Source: Verrucomicrobiales bacterium
Lineage (GTDB): Bacteria; Actinomycetota; Acidimicrobiia; Acidimicrobiales; SHLQ01
Direction of reading: 5' to 3'
Assembly (NCBI GenBank): GCA_047638715.1
Contig: JBLIMK010000003.1
Span: 17,161-81,160, forward strand
DNA length: 64,000 nucleotides
The notes beneath the pieces are model-generated. The model searched no databases and was not told the DNA's origin. It worked only from the letters and a program-made list of their open reading frames with translations. This document shows, in pieces, positions 1 through 10,628 of the stretch. The position numbers and the translations under genes were made by a program. Each line of letters begins with the position of its first letter. Position 1 is the first letter of the stretch.

Positions 1-308
1 TGGGCGGAACGCCTCGCGGTGAAACGCTCGTGCGCAACGATGGCTTCGGTGTGCTGAAGCAGATGTTCGCTCGTGGCTACGAAGAAGGTTCAGCCGACGT
101 CTCAACCTTCCCCGAGTACGTGGAACGGCCAAACTCTTTCGACGCAGACGATGTCAGCATCACGTTCGCCGAGGAAACCGGCAAAGGCTTCTACGACCAG
201 GTCGCCGAGGCCGTCGAGAGTGGAGACCTAGAACCATTCTTCGACTTCTCGCGCATGCCGAACGACTGGGAAGTTCCTGAGGCCACACCTCTACAGGGCG
301 CTCGCTAG
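1..308 (+). CDS. 3' end of a hypothetical acidic protein (partial)
   Basis: Open frame from the window edge to TAG at 306-308 with typical codon usage; no recognisable motif. Confidence 0.6.
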   Translation, partial: GGTPRGETLVRNDGFGVLKQMFARGYEEGSADVSTFPEYVERPNSFDADDVSITFAEETGKGFYDQVAEAVESGDLEPFFDFSRMPNDWEVPEATPLQGAR

Positions 309-1486
309 CTCCTCTGTCGAAGCCCCATGTCATTGGAGAACGCGGCCAGCCGGTAGCCAAGCTCATCCAGTCGTTCGAGCTCGGTATTGGCAAAGCTGAA
401 TCGAATCATCTGCTCATCTTCGGGCATGAACGCGACGCCCGGGATCGTGAGCACCCCTTGCTCGACCAGCAACCGCTCGACGATGTCGGTCGTGGGCACG
501 TCGGCGAACGGGTGCCGAACCCAGCCGTAGTACGCCCCCGCCGACAGCAGCTCGAAACCGCCGGGCCGGGTCGACATCACAGACTCGAAGCCCGCTTGCT
601 TCTCCGCGATCTCAGCGATCTTCTCGGCCCGCCACGCGCCTGCTTCGGTGAGCCCGGCATGCGCGCCTTCCTGACCGATCCTCGAAGGACAGATCGTGAC
701 GCAATCGATCAGCTTGGCAACCTCAGTCAAAAGTTCCGGAGCGCCGACGACCGCTCCCACCCGATTGCCCGGAATTGCAAGATCCTTCGAGAACGAGTGC
801 AGACTCACCACGTTTTCTCGCCAGCCATCGATCGTGAAAATGTTGTGAGGGGAACGGTCGCCCGGCACGAATGACCGGTAGGTCTCGTCGATGATCAACA
901 CGATGTCGTGCGCTTTTGCGAGCCTCGCGAACTCCGCTAACCGGGCCGGCTCCATCGTGTGGCCAGTCGGGTTTCCTGGCGTGACGAGAACAATGGCCCG
1001 AGTGCGGTCGCCGATCAGCGCCTCCGCTTCAGCGGCCAAAGGTGTCACGCCATTACCCGGGCGCAAATAGTTCGCCTTCAGGCCGTCGAGCCCGAGCCAC
1101 ATATCGTGATTGAAGTAGTAGGGCAGCGGCAAGATGACATCATCGCCGGGCTCACACAGCGCCGATACCACCATCGAGAACGCCTGATTGCAGCCAGACG
1201 TAATACAGATGTCGTCGACGTCGAGATCGCCGCCATAGTCGCCAAGCAGGTCATCGAGCAGCGCCTCACGAAGGTGCTTCAAGCCCCGAATCGGGCCGTA
1301 TCGGCTCCCCTCCGGGTGAGATGCGATCTCGGCCATCCGCCTCGAGACTTGTGGCGCTGGGGGAAACCCTGGTGCACCTTGAGAAAGGTCGAGCAGCGGC
1401 CGATCTGCTGGTACCTGCTCGAGAAGGTGCGCCAAGGCTCCAATGGGACTATCGGGCTGATCGAGCGTTCGCCTATTCAGCCTCAT
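305..1486 (-). CDS. PLP-dependent aminotransferase class I/II
   Basis: LVTPGNPTG, IIDETY, HSFSKDLAIPGNRVG (PLP lysine), IRFSF motifs. Confidence 0.92.
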   Translation of the reverse strand: MRLNRRTLDQPDSPIGALAHLLEQVPADRPLLDLSQGAPGFPPAPQVSRRMAEIASHPEGSRYGPIRGLKHLREALLDDLLGDYGGDLDVDDICITSGCNQAFSMVVSALCEPGDDVILPLPYYFNHDMWLGLDGLKANYLRPGNGVTPLAAEAEALIGDRTRAIVLVTPGNPTGHTMEPARLAEFARLAKAHDIVLIIDETYRSFVPGDRSPHNIFTIDGWRENVVSLHSFSKDLAIPGNRVGAVVGAPELLTEVAKLIDCVTICPSRIGQEGAHAGLTEAGAWRAEKIAEIAEKQAGFESVMSTRPGGFELLSAGAYYGWVRHPFADVPTTDIVERLLVEQGVLTIPGVAFMPEDEQMIRFSFANTELERLDELGYRLAAFSNDMGLRQRS

Positions 1487-2922
1487 TCCGACTCATCTTC
1501 TTTCGCCGGTATGACCTTGCCGGGGTTCATGATCCCGGTCGGGTCGAAGGCTGCCTTCACCGCGCGGACCAGGTCGAGTTCGAGGTCGGATTTCTGGCGA
1601 CCAACGCGATCGCGCATTGTCTGGCCGACGCCATGTTCGGCAGAGATCGTGCCGCCGAAGCTCCAGGTAAGTTCGTCGATCGCTGCTTCGAGCTCGGGGC
1701 CCGATGTTTCGTATGCCTTCAGATCTGCGCCAGATCCGGGGTAGATGCTGAAGTGCAGATTGCCGTCACCGACGTGTCCGAAGCCAAAGGTTTTTGTCCC
1801 CGGCACGACCGCATCAACGGCAGGCCCTGCAGCATCGAAGAACTCGACAACTCGATCGACGGGAATCGCGATATCGAACTTGTGACGGCTCCCCCACTCG
1901 TCGAACGTGTTGTGTGGCGGAACCTCGTCGCGTATGAACCACAGGTTCGCTTCCTGTTCGGCTGTCGAAGCAACTACCGCATCGGTTATCAAGCCGGATT
2001 CGGCCGCCGATGACAGCACCGCCGTCAGGGTGTTGTCGACGTCGTCGCCGCCGGAGAACCGTAGGAGCACGTACCATTCCGCTGGCTCCGCGAAGGGATG
2101 TTGTGCTTGCGGCGCAATATTGCGAACTCGTCGAATGCCTTCCTCGGGCAGAAGCTCGAATGCACTGACGAGGCCATTGCCCGTCGCTCGGGCGTGATGG
2201 AAGAACGGCATGAGTGCATCGAGATCTCGAAGGGCCGCAAAGGCTGTCCGATGGACCGCTGGGAGCGGATGAAGAGCGAAGACCGCAGCAGTGACGACTC
2301 CTAGTGTTCCTTCGGTGCCGATGAACAGCTGTTTGAGATCAAGCCCGGTGGCATCTTTTCGTAGCGATTGCATTCCGTCCCAAATGCGACCGTCGGGCAG
2401 GACGACCTCGATTCCAAGAATCTGGCTGCGCATCGATCCCCAACGCAAGACGTTCAGTCCACCTGCGTTCGTGCTGATTCCCCCGCCGACCTGGGCTGTG
2501 CCTCGGGCTCCCCAATCGGGAGCGAACAGCAACCGTTCGGATGCGCAGACCTCCTGCAACGCTTGGATCGTGGTGCCCGCCTGGGTTGTCACCGTTGCCC
2601 GCTCGGCATCGATGGAGACGATCCGGTTCATCCGACTGAGCGATAGTACGACGCTCGGTTTTCCCTCGGGATGCCCCTCAGCGAGTGGAACCGATCCACC
2701 GCACAAACCCGTGTTTCCACCCTGCGGGACGACGGCGATTCCCAAACGGTTGCAGAGCGCTACAACAGCGGAAACCTCAGCGGTCGACGCCGGACGTACA
2801 ACCGCGAGCGCTGTGCCCGAGTACTTCGTGCTCCAGTCCGTGACATATGAATCGGTGTCGTCGCCGACCAGTAGCCCAACGTCGCCGACGATGGCTCGAA
2901 GATCTCCCACTACGTGCTCCAT
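1483..2922 (-). CDS. FAD-binding oxidoreductase (D-2-hydroxyacid dehydrogenase/GlcD-like)
   Basis: PQGGNTGLCGGS, FIGTEGTLG, GHVGDGNLH, SAEHGVG, MNPGK. Start moved to ATG 2922, 6 nt after a TACGTT -10 element; ATGA overlap with the aminotransferase. Confidence 0.92.
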   Translation of the reverse strand: MEHVVGDLRAIVGDVGLLVGDDTDSYVTDWSTKYSGTALAVVRPASTAEVSAVVALCNRLGIAVVPQGGNTGLCGGSVPLAEGHPEGKPSVVLSLSRMNRIVSIDAERATVTTQAGTTIQALQEVCASERLLFAPDWGARGTAQVGGGISTNAGGLNVLRWGSMRSQILGIEVVLPDGRIWDGMQSLRKDATGLDLKQLFIGTEGTLGVVTAAVFALHPLPAVHRTAFAALRDLDALMPFFHHARATGNGLVSAFELLPEEGIRRVRNIAPQAQHPFAEPAEWYVLLRFSGGDDVDNTLTAVLSSAAESGLITDAVVASTAEQEANLWFIRDEVPPHNTFDEWGSRHKFDIAIPVDRVVEFFDAAGPAVDAVVPGTKTFGFGHVGDGNLHFSIYPGSGADLKAYETSGPELEAAIDELTWSFGGTISAEHGVGQTMRDRVGRQKSDLELDLVRAVKAAFDPTGIMNPGKVIPAKEDESE

Positions 2923-2956
2923 AGGGAGAACGTAGTGGGATGAGCATCCGCGAGCC

Positions 2957-3292
2957 TTATGCGGCCAGGTCGTCTTGAGCCCGCTGCAGCAGCTTCGCAA
3001 CCGCTGCCTTCTGGCTGGGCTTGGCCGCCGCCGAAGCAACCACCTCTGTGCGACTTGCCGTGGCGCCGCCGGCCCGGAAGAACCGACGCCGAATTTCGCC
3101 GAAGACGACCACCTCGTCACCCTCTTCGAATCGAAGCGCGAGGCGGGGCGGGTCGTCCCATTGCACCGGAACGGACCGTTTTCCGGCTTCGGTCTGGGTG
3201 GTCACTTCCCAATTCATCACGTTGGTTCCCGATGGCAATGTTCGCTCGACCGGCTCGCTCGACAACGTCCCTTGCAACACGACGATATTCAT
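2957..3292 (-). CDS. ssb: Short single-stranded DNA-binding protein (OB fold, no acidic tail)
   Basis: MNIVVLQGTLSSEP..RTLPSG, GDEVVVFGEIRRRFF, RTEVVA; purine-rich RBS upstream of ATG 3292. Confidence 0.85.
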   Translation of the reverse strand: MNIVVLQGTLSSEPVERTLPSGTNVMNWEVTTQTEAGKRSVPVQWDDPPRLALRFEEGDEVVVFGEIRRRFFRAGGATASRTEVVASAAAKPSQKAAVAKLLQRAQDDLAA

Positions 3293-3346
3293 CGCGGTTT
3301 CCGTCTTTCTTTCTGTGATCGGCAAGGGGAAGTGCGATTTGCATCG

Positions 3347-3368
3347 ACCATACCGACGACGTCTGACA
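3347..3368 (-). promoter_or_regulatory. RecA-NDp/PafBC-type DNA-damage promoter upstream of ssb
   Basis: Minus strand reads TGTCAG-N10-TATGGT, matching the actinobacterial TGTCRG-N10-TANNNT motif. Confidence 0.65.
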
Positions 3369-3387
3369 GTGCCCGGAAACCCCAGCA

Positions 3388-4530
3388 CTAGGTCGATGAG
3401 TCTTCGTACAACGGTCCGTGATCGATGTTCGGGAGCACGTACTTTGCGAAGAGATCAGCCTCGGCGGTATGTGTGTAGCCGCTCAAGATGAAGGCTCCGA
3501 CGCCCACCTCGCGGTAGGCGTGCAACTTTGCGAGCACTTGATCGGGGTCGCCGACGATCGCTGCACCGGCACCACTGCGGGCTCGGCCAACACCGGTCCA
3601 TAGGTTCGCCTCAACGAAACCATCATCTTCGGCAGCACCGCGCAACTCGTTTTGTCGTGCGACTCCCGCCGATGCGGTGTCGAGCGACTTCTGACGGATC
3701 TTCTCGCCTTCGTCGACCTCGAGCTTGGAGAGCAAACGTTCGGCGGCGGTGCGAGCCTGCGCCTCGGTCTCACGCACGATGACGTGGGCCCGCAATCCGT
3801 ATTTGAGTTCGCGATCGTAAGCCGCAGCTTGGGCAGCCATATCGACGATCGTCTCCGATACGCCCGAGACCGTGTCTGGCCACGTGAGAAAGACATCGGC
3901 ATGTTCGGCCGCGGTGTCCTTGGCAGCCGGGCTGAAGCCGCCGAAATAGAACGGAGGACACTTGCCCGAAACCGTTCGTAGGCGAGGTGGATCGATGACG
4001 AGGTCGACGAAGTCGCCATGAAAGTCGATCGATTCACCATTCAGGAGCGCCCGAAGTACGTGCATCCACTCGCGGGTCCGCTGATAGCGGGGTTCGGATT
4101 CGAGGGGAGCGCCTGGGATGTCGCTCGAGATGATGTTGATGGTCAGACGGCCTTGCGCCATTTGATCGATCGTGGCGAGCTGACGAGCCAGCTGCGGGAG
4201 CCACATCTCGCCCATGCGCACAGCGAGCAGGAGCCGGATTTGTTCGGTATGGGTCGCGATGGCAGCCGCGAACGACGTCGAGTCCATCCCGAGTTGATAA
4301 CCCGACGGCAACAGCACGTTGTCGTAGCCGAGGCGGTCGGCCGTCTGCACGATGTTGGAACAGTGCGGCCACGAGGTCTGAAGGCGCTCATCGGGAACTC
4401 CGAGAAACTCATAGTCGTCGTCGCACAATGCGCCGAACCAGGAGATCTCTACCATTTCCTCGGCACTTCCGGCCGAAATCCCCGACGGGCTTGAGGACTG
4501 CTCAGCGCTGCTCCGCTCCGCAGCACTCAT
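3388..4530 (-). CDS. LLM-class flavin-dependent monooxygenase, probable sulfoquinovose monooxygenase (SmoC/SquD-like)
   Basis: SsuD-like fold; EISWFGALCDDDYEFLGVPD, RLTINIISSD and LWTGVGRARSGAGAAIVG resemble the SmoC subfamily as I recall it; coupled to an aldo/keto reductase. Confidence 0.8.
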   Translation of the reverse strand: MSAAERSSAEQSSSPSGISAGSAEEMVEISWFGALCDDDYEFLGVPDERLQTSWPHCSNIVQTADRLGYDNVLLPSGYQLGMDSTSFAAAIATHTEQIRLLLAVRMGEMWLPQLARQLATIDQMAQGRLTINIISSDIPGAPLESEPRYQRTREWMHVLRALLNGESIDFHGDFVDLVIDPPRLRTVSGKCPPFYFGGFSPAAKDTAAEHADVFLTWPDTVSGVSETIVDMAAQAAAYDRELKYGLRAHVIVRETEAQARTAAERLLSKLEVDEGEKIRQKSLDTASAGVARQNELRGAAEDDGFVEANLWTGVGRARSGAGAAIVGDPDQVLAKLHAYREVGVGAFILSGYTHTAEADLFAKYVLPNIDHGPLYEDSST

Positions 4531-5435
4531 GGCAACGGTTGTCCTTCGCTCGCGGCGACAATGTCGTATACATCGTTGCGATCGAGGTGCACGTCAAATG
4601 CGCCGGACGCAGCGGACAGCCGGGCGCCGGTTTGGGTACCGAGGAGCGCGACTGGATTCGACGGATGCGCCAGGACGAACGCTGTAGCGATCGCGGCTCG
4701 ATCTACAACCTCACGTTCGGCCAGCCGGTCGATGACCTCGAGGAGTTCGGTGCGGATTCCTTCGCCGCTGAATAGTCGACCGCCCGCGAGAGGGCTCCAA
4801 GCCAGCGGAACCACGCCGTCACGCATTGATCGGTCGAACGTTCCGTCGCGCAAAGGCTGCAACTGCGCTACCGAAAACTCGGGCTGGGTCGACACGATCG
4901 GGGCTGAAAGGTGCGCCGCCAATGCGTCGTATTGATCAACGGTGAAGTTGGATACTCCGACCATCGCGATCTTGCCCTCGGCAATCAGCGCATCGAGGGT
5001 CTCGGCCACCACGGCTGGGTGCGTGAACATGTCGGGCCTGTGGATTTGGTACAGGTCGATGCACTCGACTTGCAGCCGCCTCAACGAAGCGTCGACCGCG
5101 CTGCGTAAATACTCCGGACTCGAGTCGTACGGCAGCGGTGGCATAATGCCACCCTTCGTCGCGAGCACCATTCGGTCTCGAAGCTGCGGTGCTGCACCGA
5201 GAACCTCTCCCAGACGCGCCTCGTTCTGCCCAAAGCCGGTTCCGCCATGATCCAGGCCGTAGACGTCAGCGGTGTCGATCAGGTTCATCCCCGCGTCGAG
5301 CGCCGTTTCGATGAGCTCATGGTTCGTAGCCACGCTGTCTGATGTGAGGCGCCATGTTCCGTAACCGAGGGCGCCGATCAGAGGGCCGTCGGGTCCGAGC
5401 TGACGAGGGCTCGCGGTGACAAGATTCGAGGACAT
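4527..5435 (-). CDS. Aldo/keto reductase (YdhF/SmoB-like, probable 6-oxo-glucose reductase)
   Basis: IDTADVYG, LATKGG, LYQIHRPD, GVSNF, AWSPLAGG; leaderless start ATG 5435 after TACGCT-N6. Confidence 0.88.
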   Translation of the reverse strand: MSSNLVTASPRQLGPDGPLIGALGYGTWRLTSDSVATNHELIETALDAGMNLIDTADVYGLDHGGTGFGQNEARLGEVLGAAPQLRDRMVLATKGGIMPPLPYDSSPEYLRSAVDASLRRLQVECIDLYQIHRPDMFTHPAVVAETLDALIAEGKIAMVGVSNFTVDQYDALAAHLSAPIVSTQPEFSVAQLQPLRDGTFDRSMRDGVVPLAWSPLAGGRLFSGEGIRTELLEVIDRLAEREVVDRAAIATAFVLAHPSNPVALLGTQTGARLSAASGAFDVHLDRNDVYDIVAASEGQPLP

Positions 5436-5467
5436 TAGGCCAGCGTACATCAGCTATACAGTATCGA

Positions 5468-5481
5468 TGCAAGCGTTTACA
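5468..5481. promoter_or_regulatory. LacI-family operator between the divergent AKR and Gfo/Idh/MocA genes
   Basis: TGCAAGCGTTTACA, near-identical to sites at 14701 and 15922. Confidence 0.65.
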
Positions 5482-5522
5482 TTCGCAGGAAAATCAACAA
5501 AGTTATCGGATAAGATCCATAC

Positions 5523-6698
5523 ATGAACAACAAGCACATCCGGTACGGCGTCATCGGTACCGGCATGATGGGCGTCGAGCACATCCAGAATATTCTCGCC
5601 CTCGAAAACACGAGCGTCGGCGCCATTGCCGATACCGACGAGCACTCTCGTGCCGCTGGGGTCCACGCAGCTGGTGCCGACTGTGCTGAATACGTCGACT
5701 ACCTCGATCTTCTCGCCGATGACTCGATCGACGCTGTGGTGGTCGTGACCCCGAACTACACCCACATCGACGTGATGCGAGCCGTGATCGCGTCGGGCAA
5801 ACACGTGTTGTGCGAGAAACCGCTCTGCACCACGACCGCCGACTGCCAGACGCTAATCGAGCTGGCGGAAGGATACGAGGGCATCATCTGGGTTGGCCTC
5901 GAGTACCGCTACATGCCAGCCGTCAACGCGCTGATCGACGAAGTGCACAACGGTGTGGCCGGCGACGTAAAGATGGTGGCCATTCGCGAGCACCGACACC
6001 CATTTCTTGAAAAGATCGGCGCCTGGAACCGTTTCAGTCGCAACACCGGCGGAACCCTGATCGAAAAGACCTGCCACTACTTTGATCTGATGAACTTGCT
6101 CATCGGCACCCGACCAGTGCAGGTGTTCGCGTCGGGAGCCCAAGACCTCAACCACCTAGACGAGATCTACGACGGTGAGCGCTCCGATATTCTCGACAAC
6201 GCGTTCGTGATCATCGACTACGAGTGCGGCGCTCGTGCGATGCTCGACCTGTGCATGTTCGCGGAGGCCAGCACGGACCAAGAAGAGCTCGTGGTCACCG
6301 GCACGAAGGGCAAGGTCGATGCCCGCATGCCCTCGTCGGTCCTGCACATCGGCGTGCACCATATGGACGGCCAAGAGGCTCGCGCCAATATGAACAACGT
6401 CGAGACTCGACACATCACGAACGACGAGATCCGCCACGTCGGGATGCACCACGGTTCGAGTTATCTCGAGCACGTCGATTTCGGCGACGCCGTTCGAGCA
6501 AACGCCAGCATTCGTTCGGCGGAATCCCCGGCGGCCGCTGACCAAGCCCGCTTGGAGGTCCAGCCCACTCTCGACAAGATCGTGACCCTCGACGACGGGC
6601 TGTGGTCGATCGCTATCGGTGAAGCCGCACACCGCTCAATCGCCGAAAACCGGCCCGTCACCCTCGCCGAAATCCTCGCGACCACAAATCCTGAGTAA
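5523..6698 (+). CDS. Gfo/Idh/MocA-family protein, probable NAD+-dependent sulfoquinovosidase (GH188/SqgA-like)
   Basis: GVIGTGMMG Rossmann motif, CEKP, GLEYRYMP, REHRHPFLEKIGAWNRF, GTLIEKTCHYFDLM, HHGSSYLEH; leaderless TAAGAT-N6-ATG. Confidence 0.8.
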   Translation: MNNKHIRYGVIGTGMMGVEHIQNILALENTSVGAIADTDEHSRAAGVHAAGADCAEYVDYLDLLADDSIDAVVVVTPNYTHIDVMRAVIASGKHVLCEKPLCTTTADCQTLIELAEGYEGIIWVGLEYRYMPAVNALIDEVHNGVAGDVKMVAIREHRHPFLEKIGAWNRFSRNTGGTLIEKTCHYFDLMNLLIGTRPVQVFASGAQDLNHLDEIYDGERSDILDNAFVIIDYECGARAMLDLCMFAEASTDQEELVVTGTKGKVDARMPSSVLHIGVHHMDGQEARANMNNVETRHITNDEIRHVGMHHGSSYLEHVDFGDAVRANASIRSAESPAAADQARLEVQPTLDKIVTLDDGLWSIAIGEAAHRSIAENRPVTLAEILATTNPE

Positions 6699-6711
6699 CC
6701 CAGGGTCAGAC

Positions 6712-7572
6712 CTAGCGAGCGGTGTTTGCGCCACAGAGAAGTATCCCGACGCGTTCGCTGGCGGCGGGGAGATATTTGCCCGAGCGAAGTGCCGCGATGG
6801 TCGTCGCGGCGGAAGGCTCGACGATGATGCGGAACTCATTCCAAAGATGATCCTGCGCCTCCGCGAGCTCGTCGTCTGTAACGGTGACGCTCGGTGCCGA
6901 AACGGCGGACAGAGCCTGCCATGGAAGTTCACCGATCCGGGTCGCACCGAGCGCGTCGGCCGCCAGGCCACTTACGGCCACGTCGACCGGTTCTCCAGCG
7001 GCGACCGCCGCGGCATAGGCGTTCGTCGTTTCCGTCTCGCAAACGACGACCTTGATGGAAGCGTCGACAGCGCAAGCAATGCCACCGGCGAGCCCACCGC
7101 CACCGCAGGCGACGAGCATCGTGTCGAGAGCATCGACCTGGTCAACAAATTCGGCGCCGGTCGTGCCCGCCCCCGCCATCACCACGGGATGGTTGTACGC
7201 ATGAATCGATGTCGCGCGGCTTTGTTCCTGAAACACCATGCTCGCTTCGAGCGATTCGGCATACACCGCGCCGACCTGATGTACATCAGCCCCATACGAG
7301 CGAAGCCGATCGACCTTTGCGGGCGAGGAGATCGTGGGTACAAAAATCGTGGCCCGATGCCCGGCGCGACCCGCGGCCCAAGCGACGGCAGCACCGTGAT
7401 TGCCACCTGACGCGGCAACGACACCAGCATCGCTGATCGGCATTGACGCGATGTAGTTGGACGCGCCTCGGGCCTTGAACGTACCGCTGTATTGGAGCAG
7501 CTCAAGCTTCAAGAAAAACCGGTCTACCTCCGACTCGGCCGTACCGAGAACCGATGCGTCAGACACCGCCAT
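6712..7572 (-). CDS. Serine/threonine dehydratase-family PLP enzyme (true start uncertain)
   Basis: KLELLQYSGTFKARGA, ASGGNHG, ACGGGGL, VEPSAA, LCGAN; frame stays open upstream to 7674. Confidence 0.88.
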   Translation of the reverse strand: MAVSDASVLGTAESEVDRFFLKLELLQYSGTFKARGASNYIASMPISDAGVVAASGGNHGAAVAWAAGRAGHRATIFVPTISSPAKVDRLRSYGADVHQVGAVYAESLEASMVFQEQSRATSIHAYNHPVVMAGAGTTGAEFVDQVDALDTMLVACGGGGLAGGIACAVDASIKVVVCETETTNAYAAAVAAGEPVDVAVSGLAADALGATRIGELPWQALSAVSAPSVTVTDDELAEAQDHLWNEFRIIVEPSAATTIAALRSGKYLPAASERVGILLCGANTAR

Positions 7573-7770
7573 AGTTGGCGTCTGACGAATGAGGGAGACG
7601 AGCCGAACCTGTGCCCCGCGAACTTGTTCGCGAGAGGGAATACCGCCCGAGGGAATATCAAATGAAGTGATGATTCAGCCTTTCACCGATCGAGCAAGCA
7701 AGCCTCGCACAAAGAAACGCTGCAAGCTGAAGAACGCGATCAGCAACAAGAATGGTTGGACGAACGCTCC
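7534..7770. repeat. Left copy of imperfect direct repeat (dehydratase 5' end + dead copy of permease 3' end)
   Basis: 7663-7770 matches 9687-9794 with 9 mismatches in 108 nt (hand count); 7534-7563 matches 9643-9672 with 3 mismatches in 30 nt. Confidence 0.9.
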
Positions 7771-7865
7771 TATCTAGCTCACCTCGTCGGAGACCCAGAG
7801 GACGAGACCACCGACCCCACGGCGCGATGTTCGAACTGGTCTACGTCTGGCTATTTGAGATGGCC

Positions 7866-8992
<1,127 letters not shown>

Positions 8993-8996
<4 letters not shown>

Positions 8997-9544
8997 TCGG
9001 AGACCTCTCGATCAAGAATTTCTCGTTGTAGGCGTCGCAATGCTCTCGCTTGTAGCCGTTTTACGGCAGTCACGGGCTTGCCGATGATCTTGGCAACTTC
9101 GGCCAGAGGAAGGTCCGCGACGATTCGAAGCGCGATCACATCTCGCTGATCGGACGTGAGTATCGACATCAATTCGCTGACCCGGGCGTCACCCAACTGC
9201 GCCATCGCGACGTGTTCGGCACTTGGTGTTTTGATGTCGACGACGACCGCGCTGGGCGCGAGACGTTGTCGCTGGTCGCGTCTATGCGAGTCGATCAACC
9301 GGTGGCGGGCAATCGTGAACACCCAACTTCGAAAGCCGGAGTAGTCGCCGGAGAATGTCGCGATGTTCCGAAAGACATCGACAAAGACTTCGTTCGTGAT
9401 GCCTTCAGGATCGGTCGCGCCACGGGATTGTCCGAATGCAGTGACCGGCCCGCCGAGGGTGTTGTAGAGCGCGTCAAACCCTGCTGGTTCTCCACGACGC
9501 GCCGAGGCCAGCGACTCGTCGAACCACACATCGGTGTTCGTCAC
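8993..9544 (-). CDS. ECF-type RNA polymerase sigma-70 factor
   Basis: Region 2 (EVFVDVFRNI, FRSWVFTIARHRLID) and region 4 (LTSDQRDVIALR..LAEVAKIIGKPVTAVKRLQARAL); GTG 9544 has an AGGAG RBS. Confidence 0.92.
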
Positions 9545-9642
9545 CGCAAGTCTCCTGAGTACCATTTACGTACGCAACCGGTGGAGCGGGTCCAATGGAG
9601 ACCCCTGGCGCCAGAATTTCTTTCTGAGACAATATTGCCACG

Positions 9643-9794
9643 CTCGGTCGTACCGAGAACCGATGTATCAGAGGGGTGACTTCATGTGAAGTGATGATTC
9701 AGCCTTTCACCGATCCAGCAAGCAAGCCTCGTACAAAGAAGCGCTGCAAGCTGAAGAACACGATCAGCGGGAAGAACGCTTGGACGAACGCTCC
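9643..9794. repeat. Right copy of imperfect direct repeat (intact permease 3' end + deleted dehydratase remnant)
   Basis: Matches 7534-7770 with about 85 nt missing between the two matching blocks. Confidence 0.9.
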
Positions 9795-10628
9795 AGCAGG
9801 GAGCAGGTGCTCGTTTCGACCGAAGTCGCCAGCGAGGTTGGCCACGAGCACGGTCGTTGGAAGGTCGACTGGGTTACCACCGCTCAGCATGGTGACGGCG
9901 ATGAGGAAATCGTTCCACGTCCACAAGAACTGAAAGATTGCGAAAGCCGCAAGCGCCGGAATCGACAGCGGCAGAATCAGCCGCCAAAAGATTGTGAAGT
10001 GACTCGCTCCGTCGATGCGCGCAGACTCAATGATCTCTTTGGGCAACTCGGAAATGTAGTTGTGCAACAAGAATATGGAGAACGGCATGGCGAAGCCCGT
10101 ATGGGTGAGCCACACCGCAATACCCCCTCGCGTATTCAGGTCGAGATCGGGTACCAGCGTGATCGCTTTCTCGGTGAACGGCAAGGTGAAGTGTGCGCCG
10201 CCGACATACGTCTGTAACAGCGGGATAAGCGCCACTTGCAACGGGATCGCCAGCAATGAAATCGTTCCGATGAACATCCATTCGCGGCCCTTGAAGTCGA
10301 TCCATGCAAATCCATAGGCCGCAAACGCAGCGAAGGCGATCGGGATGACCGTCGCCGGGATCGCGATCGCAAACGAGCTCACGATCGATTGCGAAAGGTC
10401 GTTAGCACCACCACCAGCCAGGACCTCGTCGTAGTTCTCGAGGGTGAGATCCCCGAAGTTCGCAGGAACGGTCCAAAAGCCGGCCGTTAGCTGGTCGCTC
10501 TTCGACCGAAAGGAGTTGACGAACAAGCTGAGACTCGGGATCGTCCACATGACGACGAGGCTCCACAGAGCCCACATCGGGACGTTGCTCAGCCGAGCGT
10601 AAATTCGTGCACCGAGTGAATCGTTCAT
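9699..10628 (-). CDS. Carbohydrate ABC transporter permease (AglG/MalG-like)
   Basis: EAA loop IIESARIDGAS, FLWTWND, RGLLAGSVKG end. Confidence 0.93.
   Translation of the reverse strand: MNDSLGARIYARLSNVPMWALWSLVVMWTIPSLSLFVNSFRSKSDQLTAGFWTVPANFGDLTLENYDEVLAGGGANDLSQSIVSSFAIAIPATVIPIAFAAFAAYGFAWIDFKGREWMFIGTISLLAIPLQVALIPLLQTYVGGAHFTLPFTEKAITLVPDLDLNTRGGIAVWLTHTGFAMPFSIFLLHNYISELPKEIIESARIDGASHFTIFWRLILPLSIPALAAFAIFQFLWTWNDFLIAVTMLSGGNPVDLPTTVLVANLAGDFGRNEHLLPAGAFVQAFFPLIVFFSLQRFFVRGLLAGSVKG

Noticed and set aside
3388-4530. Plain alkanesulfonate monooxygenase ssuD operon
   Set aside because: No ssuABC or ssuE nearby; sequence motifs and neighbours fit the SQ monooxygenase subfamily better.
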